Positions 24,901-37,422 of a stretch of 64,000 nucleotides of DNA are shown here, piece by piece. The stretch is from the human T2T-CHM13v2.0 reference genome, Homo sapiens. A program made the translations under genes and the position numbers. The notes beneath the pieces were generated by a model. It saw nothing but the letters and a program-made list of their open reading frames with translations, was not told the DNA's origin and made no database searches. The stretch lies in NCBI RefSeq assembly GCF_009914755.1, contig NC_060938.1, one strand, 5' to 3'. Position 1 is the stretch's first letter. Every line of letters begins with the position of its first letter.

Positions 24901-27900
24901 TCTTTGTAATGTGAGCATTCATCTCACAGATTTGCACCTCTGTTTTGATTGAGCAGTTTCAATCTGCAAGTGTATATTTGGAGCGTTTTGTGGATATGGT
25001 AGAAAAGGAAATATCTTCTCATAAAAAGTACACAGAAGCATTCTGAGAAACTTCTTTGTGATGTATTCATTCTATTCACAGAGTTGAACCTATTTTTTGA
25101 TAGAGTGGCTTTGAAACTGTCTTTTTCAATAATCCGCAAGTGGATATTGGGAGCCCTATGCGGCCTAATATGGAAAAGGAAATATCTTCACAAAAAAACT
25201 ACACAGAAGAATTTTGAGAAACTTCTTTGTGATGTGTGCATTCCTCTCAGAGTGTTGAACGTTTCTATTGATTGCGCAGTTTGGAAACACTCTTTTTGCA
25301 GAATGTGCAAATTGCTATTTGTAGCACTTTGAGGCCTCTGGTGGAAAAGGAAATATCTTCACATAAGAAATACCCAGAAGCATTCTGAGAAACTTCTCTG
25401 TGATCTGTGCATTCAACTCAGAGGGTTGAATCTATCTTTTGATTGAGCATTTTGAATCTCTCTTTCTGTGGAAACTGCAAGTGGATATTTGGAGCCCTTT
25501 GCGGCCTATGGTGGAAAAAGAAATATCATCACATAAAAACTACACAGAAGCATTCTGAGAAACTTTTTGTGATGTGTGCATTCATCTCACGGGGTTGAAC
25601 CTATCTTTTCATTGAGCAGTTTTGAAACTCACCTTTTGAAGAATCTGGAATGGGTATTTGGAGGCCTTTGTGGCATATGGTGCAAAAGGAAATATCTTCA
25701 CATAAAAACTACACAGAAGCATTCTGAGAAACTTCTTTGTGATGTGTGCATTCAACTCACAGAGTTGAAGCTACCTTTGATTGAACAGTTTTGAATCTCT
25801 CTTTTTGTAGAATCTGCAAGTGGATATTTGGAGCCCTTTGCAGACTATAGTGGAAAAGGAAGTATCTTCACATAAAAACTACACAGAAGCATTCTGAGAA
25901 ACTTCTTGGTGTTGTGTGCATTCATCTCACACACTTGAACCTATCTTTTGATTGAGCAGTTTTGAAACTCTCTGTTGGTAGAATCTGAAATTGGATATCT
26001 GGAGTGCTTTGGTGCCTATTGTGGAAAAGGAAATATCTTCACAAAAAAATTACATGAAAACATTCTGAGAAACTTCTTTGTGATGTATGCATTCATCTCA
26101 CAGAGTTGAACCTTTCTGTCAATTCAGCAGTTTTCACATTCTTTTTGTAGAATCTGCAAGTGGATATTTGGAGCACTTTGAGGCCTATTGTGGAAAAGGA
26201 AATATTTTCACAGAAAAATTACACAGAAGCATTCTGAGGAAGTTCTTTGTGATATGTACATTTATCTGACAGTGTTGGACATTTCTTTTGTTTGAGCAGT
26301 TTGGGATCTCTCTTTTTGTGGAATCTGCAAGTGGATATTTGGAGAGTCTTGAAGCCTATGGTGTAAAAGTAAGTATCTTCACATAAAAACTATACAGAAG
26401 CAGTCTGAGAAAATTCTTTGTGGTGTGTGCATTCTTCTCACAGATTTGAACCTATCTTATGATTGAGCAGTTTTGAGACACTCTTTCTGTAGAAACTGCA
26501 AGTGGATATTTGGAGCGCTTTGAGGCCTGTTGAATAAAAGGAACTATCTTCATATAAAAACTACACAGAATCATTGTGAGAAACTTGTTTGTGATGAGTG
26601 CATTCATAACACATAGTTGAACCTATCTTTTGATTCAGTAGTTTTGAATCTCTCTTTTTGTAGAATCTGCAGGTAGATATTTGGAGCCCTTTTCAACCTA
26701 CTGTGGAAAAGGAAATATCTTGAAATAAAAACTACATGGAAGCCTTCTGAAAATGTTCTTTGTGATGTGTGCATTCATCTCACAGTGTTGAACCTTTCTT
26801 TTGGTAGAGGAGTTTTGAAACACTGTTTTTGAAAAATTTGCAAGAGGATATTTTGAGAGATTTGAGGCCTATTGTGGACAAGTAAATATGTTCACATAAA
26901 AACTATAAATAGGCATTCTGAGTAACTTCATTTAATGTGTGCATTCACCGTACAGAGTTGAAACTGTCTTGTGATTGAGCAGTTTTGAAACACTCTCCTT
27001 GTATAATCTTCAATTTGATATTTGAAGTGCTTTGAGGCCTATTGTGGAAAAGAAATATGTTCACATAAAAACTGCACAGAAGCATTCTGAGAATCTTCTT
27101 GGTGATGTGTGCATTCATCTCACAGAGTTGAACATATCTTTTGATTCAGTAGTTTTGAATCTCTCTTTTTGTAGAATCTGCAGGTAGATATTTGGAGCCC
27201 TTTTCAACCTACTGTGGAAAAGGAAATATCTTGAAATAAAAACTACACGGAAGCCTTCTGAGAATGTTCTTTGTGATGTGTGCATTCATCTCACAGTGTT
27301 GAACCTTTCTTTTGGTAGAGCAGTTTTGAAACACAGTTTTTGAAAAATCTGCAAGAGGATATTTTGAGCGCTTTGATGCCTACTGTGGAAAAGTAAATAT
27401 TTTCACATAAAAACTACGCAGAGGCATTCTGAGTAACTCCTTTGTGATGTGTGCATTTATCTCACAGAGTTGAAACTTCCTTTTGATTGAGCAGATTTGA
27501 AACACTCTTTCTGTTAATCTTCAAGTGGATATTTTGAGCACTTTGAGGACTATAGTGGGAAAGGAAATATCTTCACATAAAAACTACACAGAAGCATTCT
27601 GAGAAACTTCTTTGTCATGTGAGCATTCAACACACAGAGTTGAACCTATCTTTTGAAAGAGCAGTTTTGAATCGCTCTTTTTGTAGAATCTGCAAAAGGA
27701 TATTTGAATACCTTGTGGTCTATGGAGGAAAAGGAAATATCTTCAAATAAATACTACACAGAAGCATTCTGAGAAACTTCTTTGTGATGTGTGCATTCAT
27801 CCCACAGACTTGAAACTATCTTATGATTGAGCAGTTTTGAAACACTCTCTTTGTAGAATCTGAAAGTGGTTACTTGGGGCACTCTGGGTCCTAATGTGGA

Positions 27901-30900
27901 AAACGAAATATCTTTACATAGAAACTACACAGAAGGATTCTGAGAAACTACTTTGTGATGTGTGCATTCATTTGACAGAGTTGAACCTTTCTTTAGATTG
28001 AGCAGTTTCTAAACACAGTATTTGTAGAATCTGCAAGTGGATATTTGGAGCCCTTTGAGCCCTACTGTGGAAAAACAAATATCGTCACATAAAAAACACA
28101 GAGGCATTCTGAGAAACTTCTTTGTGACGTGTGCACTCATCTCACAGTGTTGAAACTTTCTTTTGATTGAGGAGTTTTGAAACACTGTTTTTGTAGAATC
28201 TGCAAGAGGATATTTGGAGCACTTTGAGGCTTATTGAAGAAAAGGAAATAATTTCACATAAAAACTACTCTGAAATATTCTGAGAAACTAATTTGTGATG
28301 AGTGCATTCATCACACAGATTTGAACTTTTCTTTTGATTGAGCAGTTTTGAAACTCTCCTTTTGTGGAACCTGCAAGTGGATATTTGGAGGGATTTTAGA
28401 CCTATTTTGGAAAAGGAAGTATCTTCACATAAAAACAACACAGAAGCATTCTGAGAAACTTCTTTGTGATGTGTGCATTCAACTCCAGAGGTGAACCTAT
28501 CTTTTGATTGAACAGTTTTAAATTTCACTTTTTTTATTATCTGCAAGGGGACATATGGATCCATTTGTGGCCTATGGTGCAAAAGAAAATATCTTCAAAT
28601 AAAAGCTACACAGAAGCATCTGAGAAACTTCTTTGTGATGTGTGCATTCATCTCACAGGGTTGAACCTATCTTATCATTGAGCAGTTTTGAAACACTCTT
28701 TTTGTAGGATCTGCAAGTGGATATTTGGAGTGCTTTGAGGCCTAGTTTGGGAAAGGAAATATCTTCACATAAAAACTACACAGCAGCATTCTGGGAAACT
28801 CCCTTGTGATGTGTGCATTCATCTCCCAGAGTCGAATCTGTCTTTTGTTTGAGCAGATTTGAAACACTCTTTTTGTAGAAACAGCAAGTGCATGTTTGGT
28901 GGGCTTTGAGGCCTATTTTGGAAAAGGAAATATCTTCACACAAAAACCACATAGAAGCATTCTGAGAAACTCCTTTGTGATGCGTGCATTCAACTCACAG
29001 TCTTGAACCTATCTTTTGATTGAGCAGTTCTGGATCTCTCTTTTTCTAGAATCTGGAAGTGGATATTTGGAGCCCTTTGTGGTCTATGGAGGAAAAGAAA
29101 ATATCTTCAAATAAAAACTACACAGAAGCATTCTCAGAAACTTCTAGGTGATGTGTGCATTCATCTCACAGAGTTGAACCTGTCTTTTCACTAAGCAGAT
29201 TTCAGACACTCTTCTTATAGAATCGGCAAGTGGATATTTGGTGGGCTTTGACGCTTTTTGGAAAGGAAATATCTTCACATAAATACTACACAGAAGCTTT
29301 CTGAGAAACTTCCTTGTCATATATGCATTCATCTCCCAGAGATAAAACTTTCTTTTGATTGAGCAGCTTTGAAGCACTCGTTTGTAGAATCTGCAAGTGG
29401 ATATTTGGAGACCTTTGTGGCTTATGGTGGAAAGAGAAATACCTTCACATAAAAACTACACAGAAGCATTCTGAGAAACTTCTTTGTGATGTGTGCATTC
29501 AACTCACAGCCTTGAACCTATCTCTTGATTGAGCAGTTTTGGATCTCTCTTTTTCTAAAATCTGCAAGTGGATATTTGGAGCCCTTTGCGGTCCTTGGCG
29601 GCAAAGGAAATATCTTCAAACAAAAACTACACAGAAGCACTCTGAGAAACATCTTGATGATGTGTGCATTCAAATCACAGAGGTGAACTTATCTTATGAT
29701 TGAGCAGTTTTGAAACACTCTCTTTGTAGAATCTGAAAGTGGATACTTGGAGCACTTTGAGTGTTATTGGGGAAAAGGAAATATCTTCAAATAAAAACTA
29801 GACAGAAGCATTCTGAGAAACTTCTTTGTGATGTGTGCATTCATCTCTCACAGTTGAAACTTTCTTTTGATTGAGAAGTTTTGAAACACTCTTTTTGTAG
29901 AATCTGCAAGTGGATATTTGGAGCACTTTGATGCCTACTTTGGAAAAGCAATTATCTTTACTTAAAAACTACACAGAAGCATTCTGAGAAAACTTTGTGA
30001 TGTGTGCATTCATCTCACACAGTTGAAACATTCTTTTGATTGGGCAGTTTTGAAACACTCTTTCTGTAGAATCTGCAAGTGGATATTTTGAACATTTTGA
30101 GGCCTATAGTGGAAAATGAAATATCTTCACATAAAAACTACACAGAATCATTCTGAGAAACATCTTTGTCATGAGAATATTCATCTCACAGAGTTGAACC
30201 TATCTTTTCAAAAAGCAGCTTTGAATCTCTCTTTTTGTAGAATCTGCAAGAAGATATTTGTAGTCCTTTGCAGCATATGGCGGAAAAGGAAATATCTTCA
30301 AATAAATACTGCACAGAACCATTCTGAGAAACTTCTTCATGGTGTGTGCATTCATCCCACAGACTTGAAACTATCTTATGATTGAGCAGTTTTGAAACAC
30401 TCTCTTTGTAGAATCTGAAACTGGATACTTGGAGTGCTGTGGGTCCTATTGTGGAAAAGGAAATATCTTCACATAAAAACTACACAGAGGCATTCTGAGA
30501 AATTTCTTTGTGATGTGTGCATTCATCTCACAGAGTTGAAATTTCTTTTGATTTAGCAGTTTTAAAACACTGTTTTTGTGGATCTGAAAGTGGATATTTG
30601 GAGCGCTTTGAGGCCTATTGTGGAAAAGGAAATAATTTCACATAAAAACTACACTGAAACATTCTGAGAAACTAATATGTGATGAGTGCATTCATCACAC
30701 AGAGTTGAACCTTTCTTTTGACTGAGCAGTTTTAAAACACTCTTTTTGTAGAATCTGCAAGTGGATATTTGGAGGGCTTTGAGGTCTATTTTGGAAAAGG
30801 AAATATCTTCACATAAAAACTACACAAGAGCATTCTGAGAAACATCTTTGTGATGTGTGCATTCAACTCACAGAGTTGAACCTATCTTTTGATTGAACGG

Positions 30901-33900
30901 TTTTGAATCTCACTTTTCTTATTTATCTGCAAGTGGATATTTGGTGCCCTTTGCAGCGTACAGTGGAAAAGGAAATATCTTCAAATAAAAACTCACAGAA
31001 GCATTCTGAGAAACTTCTATGTGATGTGTGCCTTAATATCACAGAGTTGAACCTATGTTATTATTGAGCAGTTTGGAAACACTATTTTTGTAGAATCTGC
31101 AAGTGGATATTTGGAGCACTTTGAGGCATATGGTGTAAAAGGAAATATCTTCACATAAAAACTACACAGAAGCATTCTGAGAAACTTCCTGGTGATGTGG
31201 GCCTTCATCTCCCAGAGTTGAAACTTTCTTTTGATTGAGCAGCTTAGAAACACTCTTTTTGTAGAATCTGCAAGTGGATATTTGGAGCCCTTTGTTTCTT
31301 ATGGTGGTGAAGGAAATATCTTCACATAGAAACTACACAGAATCATTCTGAGAAACTTCATTTTGATGTGTGAATTCATCTCACAGAGTTGAACCTATAT
31401 TATGGCTTAGCAGTTTTCAAACGCTCTCTTAGAAAAATCTGCAGGTGGATCCATGGAAAGATTTGAGGCATATTGTGGAAAAGGAAATATGTTCACATAA
31501 AAACTACACAAAAGCCTTCTGAGAAAGTACTTTGTGATGTGTGCATTCAACTCACAGAGTCTAATCTGTCTTTTGATTGAGCAGTTTTGAAATACTGTTT
31601 TTGTAGAATCTGTAAGTGGATATTTGTTGGGCTTTGAGGCATATTTTGGAAAAGGAAATATCCTCACATAAAAACTACACAGAAGCATTCTGAGAAACTT
31701 CTTTGTGACGTGTGCATTCAACTCAATGTCTTGAACCTATCTTTTGATTGAGCAGTTTTGGATCTCTCTTTTTCTAGGATCTGCACGTGGATATTTGGAG
31801 CCCTTTGTTGTGCATGGAGGCAAAGGAAACATCTTCAAATAAAAACTACACAGAAGCATTCTGAGAAACCTCTTTGTGATATGTGCATTCAACTCACAGA
31901 ATTGAACTTATCTTTTGCTTGAGCCGTTTTGAATGTCTCCTTTTGTAGAATCTGCAAGTGGATATTTGGAGCCCTTTGCAGCCAATTGAGAAAAAGGAAA
32001 TATCTTTAAATAAAAACTACACAGAAGCATTCTGAGAAACTTCTTTGTGATGTGTACATTCAACTCACAGAGTTGCACCTATCTTTTTATTGAGCAGTTT
32101 TGAATTTTGCTTTCTGTAGAATCTGCAAGTGGATTTTTGAAGCCCTTTGCAGTCTATGGAGGAAAAGGAAATATCCTGAAATAAATACTACACAGAAGCA
32201 TTCTGAGAAACTTCTTTGTGATGTGTCCATTCATCTTATAGATTTGAACCTATCTTATGATTGAGCAGTTTTGAAACACTCTCTTTGTAGAATCTGCAAG
32301 TGGATACTTGGAGGGATTTCAAGCCTGTTGTGGAAAAGGAAATATCTTCACATAAAAACTGCACAGAAGCACTCTGAGCAACTTCTTTGTGATGTGTGCA
32401 TTCATCTCACAGAGATGAACCTTGCTTTTGATTGTGCAGTTTTGAAACACTGTTTTTGTAGAATCTGCTACTGAATATTTGGAGCCCTTTGCAGCCTATA
32501 TTGGAAAAGGAAATATCTTCAGATAGAAACTACAGAGAAAAATTCTGAGAAACTTATTTGTGATATGTGCATTCAACTCACAGAGTTGAACTTTTGTTTT
32601 GATTGAGAAGTTTTGAAACACTCTTTTTGTAGAAACTGCAAGTTGATATTTGGAGCCATTTGCGGCATATGTTGAAACAGGAAATACCTTCACATAAAAA
32701 CTACACAGCAGCATTCTGAGAAACTTCTCTGTGATGTGTGCATTCATCTCACAGAGTTGAAACTTTCTTTTGTTTGAGCAGTTTTGAAACACTCCTTTTG
32801 TAGAATCTGCAAGTGGATATTTGGAGCGCACTGAAGCCTGTTGTAGAAAAGGAAATATCTTCACATAAAAACTACACAGAATCATTCTGAGAAAATACTT
32901 TGTGATGTCTGCATTCAACTCACAGAGCTGAATGGATTTTTTGATTGAGCAGTTTTGAAACTCTCTTTTTGTAGAATCTGGAAGTGGGTATGTGGAGCCG
33001 ATTGTGGCCTATGGTGGAAAAGGAAATATGTTCACATAAAACCTACGCAGAAGCATTCTGAGAAACTTCTTTGTGTTGTGTGCATTCATCTCAAATAGTT
33101 GAACATTTCTTTTGATTGAGCAGTTTGGAAACACACTTTTTGTAGAATCTTCAAGTGGATATTTAGAGAGCTTTGAGGCCTCCAGTGGAAAAGGAATTAT
33201 CTTCAATTAAAAACTACACAGAAGGATTCTGAGAAACTTCTTTGTGATTTGTGCACTCATCTCACAGAGTTGAACATTTCTTATGATTGTGCAGTTTTGA
33301 AACCCTGTTTTTGTAGAATCAGCAAGTAGATATTTGGAGATATTTGAGGTCTATTGTGGAAAAGGAAATATCTTCACATAAAAACTTCACAGAAGCATTC
33401 TGAGAAATTCTTTTGTGATGTGTGCATTCAACTGACAGAGTTGAACCTGTTTTCATTTAGCAGTTTTGAAACTTTCTTTTCGTAGAATCTGGAAGTGGGT
33501 ATTTGAAGCCGTTTGTGTCCTATGGTGGAAAAGGAAATAACTTCACATAAAAACTACACAGAAGCATTCTGAGAAACTTCTTTGTGATGGGTGCATTCTT
33601 CTCACAAGGTTGAAACTACGTTTTGATTGAGCAGTTTTGAATTTCTCTTTTTGTAGAATCTTAAAGAGAACATTTGGAGCCCTTTGCAGTCTATGGTGGA
33701 AAAGGAAATATCTTCCCAAAAAAACTACACAGAAGCATTCTGAGAAACTTCTTTGTGATGTGTGCATTCATCTCACGGAGTTGAAACTTTCTTTTGATTG
33801 AGCAGATTGAAAAACTCTTTTTGAAGAATCTGCAAGTGGATATTTGGAGAGCTTTCAGGCCTATTGTGGAAAAGGAAGTATCTTCCCATAAAAACTACAC

Positions 33901-36897
33901 AGAAGCATTCTCAAAAACTTCTTTGTGATGTGTGCTTTCATCTCACAGAGCTGAACATATATTTTGATTGAGCAGTTTTGAAACACTCTTTTTGTAGCAT
34001 ATGCAAGTGGATATTTGGAGCAATTTGAGGCCTAAGGTACAAAAGGAAATATCTTCACATAAAAACTACACAGATGCATTCTGAGAAACTTCTTTGTGAT
34101 GTGTGCATTCATCTAACAGAGTTTAACCTTTCTTTTCATGAACAGTTTGGAAACCCTCTTTTTGTAGAATCTTCAAGTGGATATTTGGTGCACTTTGAGG
34201 CCTGTAGTGGAAAAGGGAATATCTTCACATAAAAACTAAGCAAAAGCATTCAGAGAAACTTCTTTGTGTTGTGTGCATTCAACTCACAGTGTTTAAACTA
34301 TCTTTTGATTGAGCAGTTTTGAACCTCACTTTTTGTGGAATCTGCAAGTGGATATTTGGAGCCCGTTGTGGCCTATGGTGGAAAAAAAATATCTTCACAT
34401 AAAAACGACACAGAAGCATTCTGAGAAATTTCTTTGTGAAGTGTGTTTTCGTCTCACAGTGTTGAACCTTTCTTTTGATTGAGTAGTTTGGAAAAACCCT
34501 TTAGGAGAATCAGAAAGTGGATATTTGGATGGCTCTGGGACCTATTTTAGAAAAGCAAATATCTTCACATAAACACTACCCAGAAACATTCTGAGAATGT
34601 TATTTGTGATGTGTGCCTTCATCTCACAGAGTTGAGGCTTTCTTTTGATTGAGCAGTGTTGAAAGAGTCTTTTTGTAGAATCTGCAAGTGGATACTTCAA
34701 GGGCTTTGAGACCTATTTTGGAAAAGGAAATATCTTCACATAAAAACTACACAGAAGCAACCAGATAAACTTCTTTGTGATGTGTGCATTCATCTCACAG
34801 AGTTGAACATTTCTTTCTATTGGGCACTTTTGAACCACTCTTTTTGTAGAATCAGAAAGTGTATATTTGGAGCCCTTTGCAGCCTATGGTGGAGAAAGGA
34901 AATATCTTCACATAAGATCTACGGAGAAGCGTTCTGTGAAACTTCTTTGTGATGTGTGCATTCATCTCTCACAGATTTGAAACTTTCTGTTGATTCAGCA
35001 GTTTTGAAACACTCTTTTTGTAGAATCTGCAGTTGGATATTTGGAGCACTTTGAGGCCTATTGTGGCAAAGGAAATATCTTCACATAAAAACTACACAGA
35101 AGCATTCTGAGAAACTACATTGTGATGTGTGCATTCATCTCACAGAGTTGAGCCTATCTTTTCATTGAGCACTTTTGAATCTGTCCTTTTGTAGGATCTG
35201 CAAGTGTATATTTGGCGACCTCTGTGGCCTATGGTGGAAAAGGAAATACCTTCCAAAAAAAAAAAAATACATAGAAGCATTCTGAGAAAATTCTTTGTGA
35301 TGTTAGCATTCATCTAACAGAGTTGAACGTTTATTTTTATTGAGAAGTTAGGAAACGCTCTTTTTGTAGAATCTGCAAGTGGATATTCAGACCGCTTTGA
35401 GGCTTTTGGTGGAAAAGGAAATGTGTTCATTTAAAAACCACATGAAAGCATTCTGAGAAACTTCTTTGTGATATGCGCATTCAACTCACGTAGTTGAACT
35501 ATTCTTTTGACAGAGGAGTTTTCAAACTTTCATTTTGTAGTATATGCAATTGGATATTTGGAGCACTTTGAGGCCTATTGAGGAAAAGGAAATAACTTTA
35601 AATAAAAACTACACAGAATCATTCTGATAAACTTCTTTGTGCTGTGTATATTCATCTCACAGAGTTGAAACTTTATTTTGATTGAGCAGATTTGAAACAC
35701 TGGCTTTGTAGTATCTGCAAGTGGATATTTGGAGTGATTTGAGGTCTATGGTGTAAAAGGAAATATCTTCACATAAAAAACTACACAGAAGCGTTCTGAG
35801 AAACTTCTTTGTGATGTGTGCATTCAACTCACAGAGTTGAACTTATCTTTGGATTGAGCAGTTTTGAAACTTTCCTTTGTAGAATCTGCAAGTGGATATT
35901 TGGAGCCCGTTTTGGCTTGTGGTGTAAAAGGAAATATCTTCACATAAAAACTACACAGAAGCATTCTGAAAAAACTTCTTTGTGACGTGTGCATTCATCT
36001 CACAGTGTTGACCCTGTCTTTTGATTGAGCAGTTTTGAATCACTATTTTTGTAGAATCTGCAAGTGAATATTTGAAGCCGTTTGCGTCCTGTGTTGGACA
36101 AGGAAATATCTTCACATAAAAACTACACAGAAGCATTCTGAGAAACTTCCTTGTGATATGTGCATTCATCTCACGGAGTTGAACTTTTCTTTTGATTCAG
36201 CTGTTTTGAAACACTTTTTTGGAGGATCTGCGAGTGGATATTTACAGCAACTTGAAGCCTATTTTGGAAAAGGAAGTATCTTCACATGAAACCTACACAG
36301 AAGCATTCTGAGAAACATCTTTGTGATGTGTGCATTCATCTCACAGTGTTGAACCTTTCTTTTGATTGAGTACTTTTGGAACACTCTTTTTGTAGTTTCT
36401 GCAAGTGGAGATTTGGAGTGCTTTGAGGCCTATGGTGGACAAGAAAATATATTCACATAAAATCTATACAGAAGCATTCTGAGAAACTTTTTGCAAAGTG
36501 TGCATTCATCTCACAGAGTTTAACCTTTCTTTTGATTGAGAAATTTTGAAACACTCTTTTTGTAAAATCTGCAAGTGAATATTTGGATCGCCTTAAGTCC
36601 TATGGTGGAAAAGGAAATATCTTCACATAAAAACTACACAGAAGCATTCTGAGAAACTTCTTTGTAACATTTTCGTTCAACTCACTGTGGTGAAGATTTC
36701 TTTTAATTCAGCAGTTTTGAAACACACTTTTTGTAGAATCTGCAAGTGAATATTTGGAGTGCTTTGAGGCCTATTGTGGAAAAGGAAATATCTTCATATA
36801 AAAACTACACAGAAGCACTCCGAGAAACTTGTCTGTGATGAGTGCACTCAGCTCACAGAGTTGAACGTATCTTTTGATTGAACAGTTTTGAAACTCT
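21995..36897 (+). repeat. Monomeric alpha satellite, second layer (ggatatttggagc / aaaactacacagaag type)
   Basis: ~171 bp units that differ diagnostically from the 1-16 kb layer (ggatat vs ggacat, ctacacag vs ctagacag, gcattctg throughout). Confidence 0.97.
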
Positions 36898-37421
36898 ATT
36901 TATTTTTTATTTTTTTCTCCAGTTTTTTGTTTTGTTTATTATACTTTAAGTTTTAGAGTACATGGGCACAATGTGTAGGTTAGTTACATATGTATACATG
37001 GGCCATGCTGGTGTGCTGCACCCATTAACTCATCATTTAGCATTAAGTATATCTCCTAATGTTATTCCTGCACCCTCTGCCCACAACACAACAGTCCCCA
37101 GAGTGTGATATTCCCCTTGCTGTGTCCATGTTTTCTCATTGTTCATTTCCCACCTATAAGTGAGAAAATGGGGTTTTTGTTTTTTTGTCCTTGCGATAGT
37201 TTACTGAGAATGATGGTTTCCAATTTCATCCATGTTCCTACAAAGGACATGAACTGATCAGTTTTTATGGCTGCATAGTATTCCATGGTGTATATGTGAA
37301 ACATTTTCTTAATCCAGTCTACCATTGTTGGACATTTGGATTGCTTCCAAGTCTTTGCTACTGTGAATAGTGCCGCAATAAACATACGTCCGCATGTGTC
37401 TTTATAGCAGCATGATTTATA
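36898..37421 (-). mobile_element. 5'-truncated L1 3' end, L1PA3-like
   Basis: Degenerate poly-T, ttatactttaagtttta...catgatttata, and catcatttagcatta (GCTAAATGA diagnostic). Satellite phase is conserved across it; no clear TSD. Confidence 0.93.
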
Positions 37422-37422
37422 A

